42,676 bases of DNA from positions 1 through 42,676 of the IMG/VR virus record IMGVR_UViG_3300037604_000092. One strand, 5' to 3'. The position numbers were made by a program, and so were the translations under genes. The stretch comes from a virus. Its lineage: Duplodnaviria; Caudoviricetes. Positions 8,016-15,210 of the stretch are shown piece after piece. A model generated the notes under the pieces. It did no database searches. It had not been told where the DNA came from and was given only the letters and a program-made list of their open reading frames with translations. The first letter of the stretch is position 1; the number at the start of each line of letters is the position of its first letter.

Positions 8016-8285
8016 ATGACGAACGTTGGCGGCGTGAGCGGGCAGATATTGCGATCCTTTGTGGAGCGCATTGAAAACCTGGAGGAGCGCAAGAAAGAAA
8101 TTGCCGATGACATCAGGGACGTGTTGGCCGAGGCCAAGGGCGCTGGGTTTGACCCAAAGGTGCTGCGCGCGGTTATGAAGCTGCGCGCGATGGACAGCAA
8201 TGACCGCGAAGAGCAGGAATATCTGATCGACACCTATATGCGCGCCCTTGAGGGGCGGGCGGATGAAGAAGGCGGCGCGGCCTGA
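8016..8285 (+). CDS. GapR-like nucleoid-associated protein (DUF2312/UPF0335)
   Basis: LRSFVERIENLEERKKEIADDIRDVLAEAKGAGFDPKVLRAVMKLR...LIDTYMRAL; GAGGAG RBS. Confidence 0.93.
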   Translation: MTNVGGVSGQILRSFVERIENLEERKKEIADDIRDVLAEAKGAGFDPKVLRAVMKLRAMDSNDREEQEYLIDTYMRALEGRADEEGGAA

Positions 8286-8731
8286 TGGCGGGCCGCTCCT
8301 CAGCGCGGATGACAGCGGCGCAGGTGCGCGCATCGCTGGCCAAGGCGGCGCGCGGCAATAAATTCGGTAACCGGAAGGTGGTCGACCCCCATACGGGCGA
8401 GAAATTTGACAGCCAGGGCGAATATGATCGCTGGGCAGTTCTGCGCCTGCTTGAGCGCGCGGGCAAAATCGATGATCTAGACCGGCAAGTCTCCATCCGC
8501 CTGTTTAGCGCTAAGGTCGATGGCGCACGCACGCCGGTGCTGATCCGATCAGAGGGCTACCCAGGCGGCCGCCATGCCACCTACATCGCCGATTTTGCCT
8601 ATTTCGACTGCACGCTGGGCCGCCAGGTCTATGAAGATTTTAAGGGCGCAGATACGGCGCTGAGCCGCCTTAAGCGCGCCATTGTGGAGGCCATGACCGG
8701 CCATCCCGTTCTCATTTCAAAAAAGGGGTAA
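8285..8731 (+). CDS. DUF1064-family PD-(D/E)XK nuclease-like protein
   Basis: NKFGNRKV...FDSQGE...YIADFAY...EDFKG. Confidence 0.85.
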   Translation: MAGRSSARMTAAQVRASLAKAARGNKFGNRKVVDPHTGEKFDSQGEYDRWAVLRLLERAGKIDDLDRQVSIRLFSAKVDGARTPVLIRSEGYPGGRHATYIADFAYFDCTLGRQVYEDFKGADTALSRLKRAIVEAMTGHPVLISKKG

Positions 8732-8735
8732 GGCC

Positions 8736-9086
8736 ATGACCGACATCGCAGATCATCCTTTGTTCAAAAAAAGTGACTTGAGCCGAGATCAGCGCGCCAT
8801 TGTGGCCGCCGCGATCGGCGCTGCCGGCCAGGTGCCGCCCGCGTTCACGAAGGAGAAAACAACAAACCTGCTGAATGCTCTGGCGGAGATTGACCAGCAG
8901 TCGCCCGCTGCGATCGTGTGGCTTTTAGGCTTTGTGCTTGTCGCGGCCGCCGATACGGCGTGCCTGTTCGCCGAGCAATATGACCTGGGATTGGAACGGG
9001 CAGACTTCATTCGCGCTATTGCCTATATGGCGGCGAACGCGCCAGGCGTTGTGGCGACTGAGCTTACAACGATCACGATGCATTGA
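8736..9086 (+). CDS. Hypothetical phage protein
   Basis: ORF in operon with RBS. Confidence 0.7.
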   Translation: MTDIADHPLFKKSDLSRDQRAIVAAAIGAAGQVPPAFTKEKTTNLLNALAEIDQQSPAAIVWLLGFVLVAAADTACLFAEQYDLGLERADFIRAIAYMAANAPGVVATELTTITMH

Positions 9087-9475
9087 TCATGACGCCGCGT
9101 GATAAAGACTTGCTCACCGCTATTTATGACCATTGGCACCGCCAGCATTGCGGGCCCAGCATCAGCGATTTAACGCAAAAGACCGGCCGCGAGCGTGCGC
9201 CCATTCACGGTGGTCTGCGCAGGCTGGAAGACGCCGGCTACATCATGTGTCAGCGTAAGGGTGGCCGCGTACAGCCGCACAGCTGGCGGCATACCGCGCG
9301 CGGTATCGTGGCGCTGCATGGCGGCGGTGCGGCGGGGCAAAGCCTCAGCGATGAAGTGCACCGCATCCCCAAATCAAAATTCCTGACCCAGGAGTTTGAA
9401 AACCGAGCGCGCGCGCTGCCCGATGATGTGCTGGTGAGCGAGCTGCAGCGGCGCGGCTTCGAGGTGGCGGTATGA
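9083..9475 (+). CDS. LexA-like winged-HTH DNA-binding protein
   Basis: MTPRDKDLLTAIYDHWHRQHCGPSISDL...IHGGLRRLEDAGYI resembles the LexA N-terminal domain; no peptidase domain. Confidence 0.65.
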   Translation: MIMTPRDKDLLTAIYDHWHRQHCGPSISDLTQKTGRERAPIHGGLRRLEDAGYIMCQRKGGRVQPHSWRHTARGIVALHGGGAAGQSLSDEVHRIPKSKFLTQEFENRARALPDDVLVSELQRRGFEVAV

Positions 9476-9810
9476 CACCGCAAGAGCGTTATGAGGCGAT
9501 TACCGAAGAGCTGGAGATTTGGCTTCAGGAAGCTGAGGAAGGCGACCGGTTCCCCGCTTTTAGAGAGATTGGGGCCATTTATGGTGTGAGCACTGGCACG
9601 GTGTTTCGCGCGCTGGGCTGGGCGGTACGTCACGGGCGGCTGCAGAAGAAACGCCAGGACGGCTATTTGTGGCTGCGGCGGCCTGGCAAACGCTGGCACC
9701 AAAGCCAGCGCGCAGGGCGAAAAGCCACGCCATCAGGCGAGGCTCTCGCAAAGCCCGCCGCGCCAAACACCCTTATTACTGGCTTTAAAAGCATAGGAGA
9801 CCCAGCGTGA
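9472..9810 (+). CDS. GntR-like winged-HTH protein
   Basis: EGDRFPAFREIGAIYGVSTGTVFRAL. Confidence 0.7.
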   Translation: MTPQERYEAITEELEIWLQEAEEGDRFPAFREIGAIYGVSTGTVFRALGWAVRHGRLQKKRQDGYLWLRRPGKRWHQSQRAGRKATPSGEALAKPAAPNTLITGFKSIGDPA

Positions 9811-10751
9811 CGGACAGACAGGCACGAGGGCTGCTGGATAAGTGGCAGATGGCCCAGGCAATGCTGGCGGACAAGCGCCTCTCCAAAGGCGATGTGAGTG
9901 TTGGTATGGCGCTGCTGGATATGGTGCGCGCTGAGGAGGGCTGCGCTTACCCAGGGTTTGACTATCTGGCCCGGCGCGTGGACCTCGATCGACGATCGAT
10001 CATCCGCTCAACCAATAAGCTGGAAGCCGCTGGCTATTTTACGATCGAGCGCAGCCCAGGCGGCCGCCAGAATAGTAATCGCTATCACCCGCGCTGGTGC
10101 ACCGGTGGTGATGATCATGAGCGTGGCAGTCACAGCGATAGCGAAACGGTGACAGCCGTGTCACCCTTATCTGAAAAAACAGACACCGTTCCTGAAAAAA
10201 CGATGACAGCCGTGTCACCCTTAGGAGGGGCGGAGGCCCAAGAAACAGTGGCGGCACTGTCACCCTTACCGCCTGAAGAGCCGCCCGGTGGAGCAGAAAC
10301 GGTGACAGCGGTGTCCGTAAACGGTGACACAGCGATGCCCGAAACGGTGACAGGGATGTCACCCGAACCCAGTTATAAACTATTTAAAACCCAGTTAGGC
10401 GCGTGCGAGGCAGGCGCACCGCCGCCGCACCGCCACCGCAAAGACAGATCCAAGCTCAAGCGGCCAGACCCACGCCAGCCAGAGATGTTCCTGCCAATCA
10501 ATGGCGGCAAGCAGGCCCTGACAGGGGTGAAGGCGGAGCCAGACCGATCGATGATGCAGATGGGGGATATGGTGGCGCTGCTTGGCAAGGCAGGCCTGAG
10601 CCATGAGGACGCGGTCAGCGCACTGATGCGGCTAGATGGCGCTGGCTATCAGGTGCTAGCAGGGCAGTGCAGCGGCAAGGCGCCAGAGACAGCGCTGCGC
10701 AAGCTCGCCAAGGCGCTTGGAGCGATAGGCGGCCAGAGGAGGGCGGCCTGA
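9807..10751 (+). CDS. Phage replication initiator (N-terminal wHTH, lambda O-like organisation)
   Basis: AYPGFDYLARRVDLDRRSIIRSTNKLEAAGYF...NRY; internal iteron array. Confidence 0.8.
   Translation: MTDRQARGLLDKWQMAQAMLADKRLSKGDVSVGMALLDMVRAEEGCAYPGFDYLARRVDLDRRSIIRSTNKLEAAGYFTIERSPGGRQNSNRYHPRWCTGGDDHERGSHSDSETVTAVSPLSEKTDTVPEKTMTAVSPLGGAEAQETVAALSPLPPEEPPGGAETVTAVSVNGDTAMPETVTGMSPEPSYKLFKTQLGACEAGAPPPHRHRKDRSKLKRPDPRQPEMFLPINGGKQALTGVKAEPDRSMMQMGDMVALLGKAGLSHEDAVSALMRLDGAGYQVLAGQCSGKAPETALRKLAKALGAIGGQRRAA
10143..10390. repeat. Iteron array plus AT-rich tract: putative phage replication origin
   Basis: About six copies of GAAACGGTGACAGCCGTGTCACCC-like units (starts near 10143, 10197, 10242, 10296, 10318, 10341) with palindromic core GGTGACA-N4-TGTCACC, followed by TTATAAACTATTTAAAA. 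Confidence 0.8.
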
Positions 10752-11566
10752 TGGGTCCTTTGGCATTGAAACTGTGGCAGTCTCGGACACTCGCCGACGC
10801 TGACAAACAGTCAATCATTCACGCGCAGCACTTTTTTATCAGTGAGGCAATAACGGACGCCTGTGATGAAATTGTAAGAAAAGCCAGGCCCGACGATAGT
10901 GTAGAGTTTAGCTTTAAACTTCCAGCGCGCTCGATTTGGATCGAGTGCGCAGCTTTACCCGGTTACGCTGTACGTGTTACGAGACTAACCGAAAGCAAAG
11001 TTTCTATTCACTACTATGCGAGAGAGGGTGAGCTTGCAGTACACGTTGCCGAGCGACGCGGCCCCCTTAAAGAGCGCATACTACGCTTGAACGAGCATAG
11101 CAATAAAGGCGCCTCGCTGGCCACAGATATAGTAAATACCTATGGCCTAGACATTCTTTTGGCGCTCTTGTGCGAGCCTAGGCTGGTAAAAAGATCGGCC
11201 GCAAATAAATCAACTCGGCGCCGCGCGGCCAGGGTCTTCCGCAACACACCGCTGCCAGAATGGCACCGTGTCACCTGGACAATTGGTGACAAGGTTGTGG
11301 GTCGCGACCGTAACCAGGGCACCGGCGATCGAAGGCCACTGCATTTCTGCCGCGCGCATTGGAGGCGCGCAGACAGCGGGATGCCGAGCGCCGAGCGACG
11401 GCCAGGTCATGATGGCTGGTGGGTTTGGGTGTCTCATTCGTTTAAGGGGCACCCTGACTTTGGCGTGCGCCTTCACCATTACATGCCAAACATTGATCCT
11501 GACGGGAAGTCTCTTGCCGCCATTGCCGCGGCAGAAGCGATGGTTGGCCAATGGAGGGCGGCCTAG
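10751..11566 (+). CDS. Hypothetical phage protein (C-terminal HFCRAHWRR motif)
   Basis: TGATG coupling at 10749-10753; start reassigned from the ORF track. Confidence 0.75.
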   Translation: MGPLALKLWQSRTLADADKQSIIHAQHFFISEAITDACDEIVRKARPDDSVEFSFKLPARSIWIECAALPGYAVRVTRLTESKVSIHYYAREGELAVHVAERRGPLKERILRLNEHSNKGASLATDIVNTYGLDILLALLCEPRLVKRSAANKSTRRRAARVFRNTPLPEWHRVTWTIGDKVVGRDRNQGTGDRRPLHFCRAHWRRADSGMPSAERRPGHDGWWVWVSHSFKGHPDFGVRLHHYMPNIDPDGKSLAAIAAAEAMVGQWRAA

Positions 11567-11568
11567 TG

Positions 11569-12048
11569 CTAGTCCGGCGAGCCCTCGTCATCCCAGGGGA
11601 TCAGGTCATCGAGCGTGATGTCCAGCGCACGGGCAATGGCGCGCATGTTGTCAAAGGTGCCTTGCAGAGTGCCGACCTCCAGCATGGAGATGTTGCTCTG
11701 CGCCATGCCAGCGGCATCAGCCAGCTGCTTTTGCGTCATGCCGCGATGCTTACGCCAGACGCGTACTGGATGCTCGCCCATGGCCAAGGCGCGCACAACG
11801 TCCCCATCGATCACCTGTTCTTCACCCGCGTCGATGCGGCGTTTGATATCCAGTGCGGTGATCAAGTCCAGCGCGTCCTGGTTGTTTTGCTTTGCGCCCT
11901 GCAGAGCGCCAGTGACCTTACGCGGCAGGTCCATATTGGTCAGCATGTGTTCCAGCTCTTGCAAGCGCGCCTCATTGTCCATGATCAGCGCCTCAATCTC
12001 GCTTGGCAAGGGTACGTGCTGTTCGTTTTCTTGTGTGTTTTTGGCCAT
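11569..12048 (-). CDS. XRE-HTH antitoxin (HigA-like)
   Basis: HPVRVWRKHRGMTQKQLADAAGMAQSNISMLEVG; downstream of the RelE-like gene. Confidence 0.85.
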   Translation of the reverse strand: MAKNTQENEQHVPLPSEIEALIMDNEARLQELEHMLTNMDLPRKVTGALQGAKQNNQDALDLITALDIKRRIDAGEEQVIDGDVVRALAMGEHPVRVWRKHRGMTQKQLADAAGMAQSNISMLEVGTLQGTFDNMRAIARALDITLDDLIPWDDEGSPD

Positions 12049-12108
12049 CTAACCTTCCTCGTTTCTCTTTGCTCTTTGCTCTTTCATCTTCACCATGACC
12101 GCCATGCG

Positions 12109-12372
12109 TTAGCGCTTATAAACATCTCCTCGCGCCGCAATTTTAAGAACCTGCAGCACTTGCGGTGTTCCATCGACCCAGGTCATGATGACCCGAATAT
12201 CGCCAACACGCAGGCGCAACATATCCATTCCCTGCATTTGCTTCACATCATGCGCCTGGCTATTGGGGTCGTCTGCATAGGCATCAATCCTGTCCAGCAG
12301 CATGATGCGGCGGTTCTTGGGCATCTTTTTCAGATATTTAAGCGCCGCTCTGCTGTACTGAACCTTTGTCAT
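12109..12372 (-). CDS. RelE/ParE-superfamily toxin
   Basis: VQYSRAALKYLKKM...DVKQMQG...RLRVGDIRVI...IAARGDVYK. Confidence 0.9.
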   Translation of the reverse strand: MTKVQYSRAALKYLKKMPKNRRIMLLDRIDAYADDPNSQAHDVKQMQGMDMLRLRVGDIRVIMTWVDGTPQVLQVLKIAARGDVYKR

Positions 12373-12374
12373 GA

Positions 12375-12436
12375 TCTAAATATACAGATTTTAGATATTC
12401 TATCAAGGGTAAAATATACGATATTTGTATATTTAG
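12375..12436 (-). promoter_or_regulatory. TA promoter/operator
   Basis: Inverted repeat CTAAATATACA (12376-12386) / TGTATATTTAG (12426-12436); TTGATA-N16-TATATT on the minus strand ends 6 nt before the toxin ATG. Confidence 0.6.
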
Positions 12437-12438
12437 TG

Positions 12439-12645
12439 TTACTCTTTGTCTTGCTCTTCCAGCGCAACGGCCATGAGCATGGCCAGGCCTTTGGCGTCTT
12501 TTTCAGGCAGGCGCTGAAGCGTGTTGCGGCGGATTTCATCATCCTCAAAATAGAAATAGGCGAGGGCCTGAGCGCCGTCTTTGACGCAATAGCTTTCGTT
12601 GTGGCGCACCAGGCGAACGCCGTGTTTGACCTTGTAATACCGCAT
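12439..12645 (-). CDS. Small hypothetical protein, putatively SOS-regulated
   Basis: 68 aa, ALAYFYFEDDEIRR motif; promoter overlaps a LexA box. Confidence 0.7.
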   Translation of the reverse strand: MRYYKVKHGVRLVRHNESYCVKDGAQALAYFYFEDDEIRRNTLQRLPEKDAKGLAMLMAVALEEQDKE

Positions 12646-12651
12646 AGAGCG

Positions 12652-12681
12652 ACACTAGAACAAAATAAGAACATTAGGCAA
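12652..12681 (-). promoter_or_regulatory. Promoter containing an alphaproteobacterial LexA (SOS) box
   Basis: GAAC-AAAATAA-GAAC at 12658-12672 (GTTC-N7-GTTC on minus) inside TTGCCT-N18-TAGTGT. Confidence 0.75.
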
Positions 12682-12689
12682 GGGTGTTT

Positions 12690-13184
12690 ATGAGCGATGC
12701 ACCAACACGCAAGTCAAAGCCAAAGCCAGGCGATTACCGGGCGAGCCAGCGCGCGCTTGAAGATGCGCGCAGCATGGTTGAAGCGCGGCTGATCGATGCG
12801 GTGCAGGTCTATCAGCGGCTGCCCGATCGCGACCTTGCCTTTTTGGCGCCAAAGATAGAGCCGATGTTTAAAGGCTATAGCGGGGATTACGCGGGCTATG
12901 TGGATCCCGATGATCAAAAGCGCGAGACACGGCAAATCACGCTGGCGGCCACGCGGGCGCAGATAGAGCTGGCCGATGAAGCGCTGGAGTGGACCGCATG
13001 CCTTAGCAATGAGCAGCGCCGCGTTTTAGGCGTGGTGCTGGTGCTCAAAGCGGGCGGGGCAAGTTATAGGCTTTTCACGCTGGCCCGGCGCCAGTTGGGC
13101 TACCAGAGCGGCCAGGTGAGTGCCAATGCGCTGCGCCTGCGCTATCGGCGGGCGTTGACGAAGATGGTGCTGGAATCAGTGTGA
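12690..13184 (+). CDS. Putative late-gene regulator (Q-like position; DUF6362-like)
   Basis: VEARLIDAVQVYQRLPD...ADEALEW...C-terminal HTH-like LRLRYRRALTKM; lies at the end of the early-right region. Confidence 0.6.
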   Translation: MSDAPTRKSKPKPGDYRASQRALEDARSMVEARLIDAVQVYQRLPDRDLAFLAPKIEPMFKGYSGDYAGYVDPDDQKRETRQITLAATRAQIELADEALEWTACLSNEQRRVLGVVLVLKAGGASYRLFTLARRQLGYQSGQVSANALRLRYRRALTKMVLESV

Positions 13185-13446
13185 TTCCATGATCGGACGT
13201 GCTTCAGCGGTGAATTGGGGCACTTTTTGTTACAATTCTGTGGAGAACCGCGCAAATTAAAGCGCCAGCTCCATTGCTTACAACGCCAAATTATTGTTGA
13301 AAGGTTAAGGGCCAGCCTGGTTGCACAAGCTGGCCCTTTGTAGAAACCGCCGGGTCGGGCGGGGCGTGATCACCCTTGCTGTAAAGCAGATCGGAGTGAT
13401 CTTCGTCAAGCCCTTCCTGGCACCAAGCCAAGAAAGGTAATCACCA

Positions 13447-13725
13447 ATGGCTAACTTTACCGTAACATATGATCTTAACGGGCCGCATCCGTCCCATCAC
13501 GAAATGGATCAGCACATGAGGCAGATTGGGAACCGCTCAGCGCGCGTTCTTGAAACAGTCTGGTGGGTTGATTTTTCGGGTACGGCAGCGGAGCTTCGTG
13601 ATCGGGTGCAAACCATACTCCGCCACGAGGACAGTCTTCTGGTAGTAGAGTGTAAAAGTGCTGCATGGCATAACCTCCTGGTTGATCACGGGTCTTTGAT
13701 CGAAGCTTGGAAGCAAGCAGGTTAA
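13447..13725 (+). CDS. Stand-alone Cas2/VapD-like ferredoxin-fold protein
   Basis: FTVTYDL and RVLETVWWV match Cas2-like YD and RxQxSV motifs; 92 aa; AGAAAGGT RBS. Confidence 0.65.
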   Translation: MANFTVTYDLNGPHPSHHEMDQHMRQIGNRSARVLETVWWVDFSGTAAELRDRVQTILRHEDSLLVVECKSAAWHNLLVDHGSLIEAWKQAG

Positions 13726-13733
13726 CACATTTT

Positions 13734-13764
13734 GAAGATGGCGGGGAAACTCGCCATCTTTTTT
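13734..13764 (+). terminator. Rho-independent terminator
   Basis: AAGATGGCGGG-GAAA-CTCGCCATCTT followed by a T-tract. Confidence 0.85.
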
Positions 13765-13772
13765 AGGTAATT

Positions 13773-14663
13773 GTGATGAGTGAAGAACCTGAAGAGCCGC
13801 CCGTAGATGCTCACGCCAATAAGGCAGTGACGTTTGGGCTCAAAATGCCGCTGGCTGATCTGTACAGTCCAGCGCTTAAAGAGGGCGGCAAATTCTTAGG
13901 TGAAGAAGCGAAGATCCAGCTGGACAAGCTGCGCGCCCTGCGAGGCGACGACAATTTGCAAGAAAATATGAGGCGCGTGCGCGTTGCCTATCATGAGGTT
14001 GAGGACCCCCCTCAAGACGAATTTAGCTATAGCCAGCTCAGTTTTTTCCATGACTGGACCGAGGCGGCCCAAGAAGCAGATCCGGACAGCATGATGGCAG
14101 AGGTCTTGCGTGAGTTGGCGCTGGCACAGTTGCGCAGTAAAGACGATTTGACTGAAGTTTTAGCTGTATTAAAAACAATGAATAAGGATGAGCTAGAGTT
14201 TTTTGCATACAGGTTTCCGCATCCTGGACAAAAAGAAATCGAACCTCCGCAACATGGGATGAAATTGTTCCCTTATTCATTTGAAATGATGTGGTGTGAG
14301 ATGCTTCAGGAGAAAAAGCTGGTACATAGGGCTAGCTTCACGGCAATGGCTACTGATCTCGTATTAAGGCGATCGCGTGCAGTCTTTGTTTCTCTAGCGT
14401 TTACTCTGATCGTGATGTTCTGCGTTCTATGGTTGGCTGGCGACCACTTAAAGTCGGATTACTCAGCTAACCAACGCACATTGGATGCAGGCTTGGTTGT
14501 CGCAATCACTGCAATTATGGGCTTTATGTTATTGTTTTTATTCACTTTTCTAGCAAAGACAAGAATTTTTGTTTGCACCCTTTTAGGGAGCCGCCTAGCT
14601 GAAGTCATTTATTTGAGCGAGCGGCGGTCAGAGATCCGAGAAAAGTCTAGAGAAAAAAAATGA
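13773..14663 (+). CDS. Moron membrane protein; N-terminal region resembles Abi-alpha/DUF2806-type domains; two C-terminal TM helices
   Basis: FFHDWTEAAQEAD...VLRELA...VLAVLKTMNKDELEFF; two hydrophobic segments; visibly AT-richer than the core phage genes. Confidence 0.6.
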   Translation: MMSEEPEEPPVDAHANKAVTFGLKMPLADLYSPALKEGGKFLGEEAKIQLDKLRALRGDDNLQENMRRVRVAYHEVEDPPQDEFSYSQLSFFHDWTEAAQEADPDSMMAEVLRELALAQLRSKDDLTEVLAVLKTMNKDELEFFAYRFPHPGQKEIEPPQHGMKLFPYSFEMMWCEMLQEKKLVHRASFTAMATDLVLRRSRAVFVSLAFTLIVMFCVLWLAGDHLKSDYSANQRTLDAGLVVAITAIMGFMLLFLFTFLAKTRIFVCTLLGSRLAEVIYLSERRSEIREKSREKK

Positions 14664-14882
14664 TCTGTATTTGTTCTGTGTGTTCACATTGAACGCGTTT
14701 TCTGGCATAAACGTGCCATACTGCGCAGGGCTTTTGCTAAAGCTCCAGCGCGACAGGAAGCCTCGCTCGGCGATAGGCCCAGCGGAGTTTTTTATTGGAA
14801 TTTTAAGATTGCTGGCAGGACCATCCCGCTGCTTTTGCTGGCTGGGGCGCGCCAGTGCAATGCAAGCGCCCCTACAGATTTA

Positions 14883-14958
14883 TGCAGGTTAGAGAAGTAG
14901 CTATCTCGACTGGCTCATAACCAGTAGATCGTCGGTGCAAGTCCGGCACCTGCAACCA
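14883..14958 (+). tRNA. Phage tRNA, anticodon CAT (initiator-Met-like, atypical D and T loops)
   Basis: TGCAGGT/ACCTGCA acceptor, GAGA/TCTC D stem, ACTGG-CTCATAA-CCAGT, GTCGG-TGCAAGT-CCGGC, ACCA end; 76 nt. Confidence 0.85.
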
Positions 14959-14982
14959 GATGCCCGCGCGTTGCGCGGGTGA

Positions 14983-15164
14983 GGGGCTCTGCGGCGCTGA
15001 AAGTAGAAGCGCTAGAATGGACTGACGGGAAAAGCCATCAACGGAAAAGACGCACTGGCTGGGTTCGGCTTTGATAGCCGGATAAATGAATTCCAGATCA
15101 ACCGGAGGCAGCGCACGGCGGATGGTGCCGAGCAGACGCCTGAGTGACGCCAGGCCAGAGCACC
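14983..15164 (+). ncRNA. Candidate structured ncRNA between the tRNA and the terminator
   Basis: Closing stem GGGGCTCTG/CAGAGCACC enclosing five hairpins; no convincing ORF. Confidence 0.35.
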
Positions 15165-15165
15165 G

Positions 15166-15197
15166 CCCGCCCAGCCACGCGCTGCGGCGGGTTTTTT
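15166..15197 (+). terminator. Rho-independent terminator before the late genes
   Basis: CCCGCC-CAGC...GCTG-C-GGCGGG followed by TTTTTT. Confidence 0.75.
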
Positions 15198-15210
15198 ATT
15201 GGAGAAAGCC

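Noticed and set aside
10143-10364. Palindromic repeats as a CRISPR array
   Set aside because: Degenerate, irregularly spaced, in frame inside the initiator gene; better explained as iterons
11551-12693. 380-aa plus-strand ORF
   Set aside because: Antisense shadow of three well-supported minus-strand genes; no recognisable motifs
13304-13347. GTT...hairpin...GAAAC as a solitary CRISPR repeat near the Cas2-like gene
   Set aside because: Single copy, 44 nt, no match to repeat families I know; a CRISPR repeat database search would be needed
14662-14676. Second LexA box GATC-N7-GTTC
   Set aside because: One mismatch in a core position and no clear promoter overlap; could be chance
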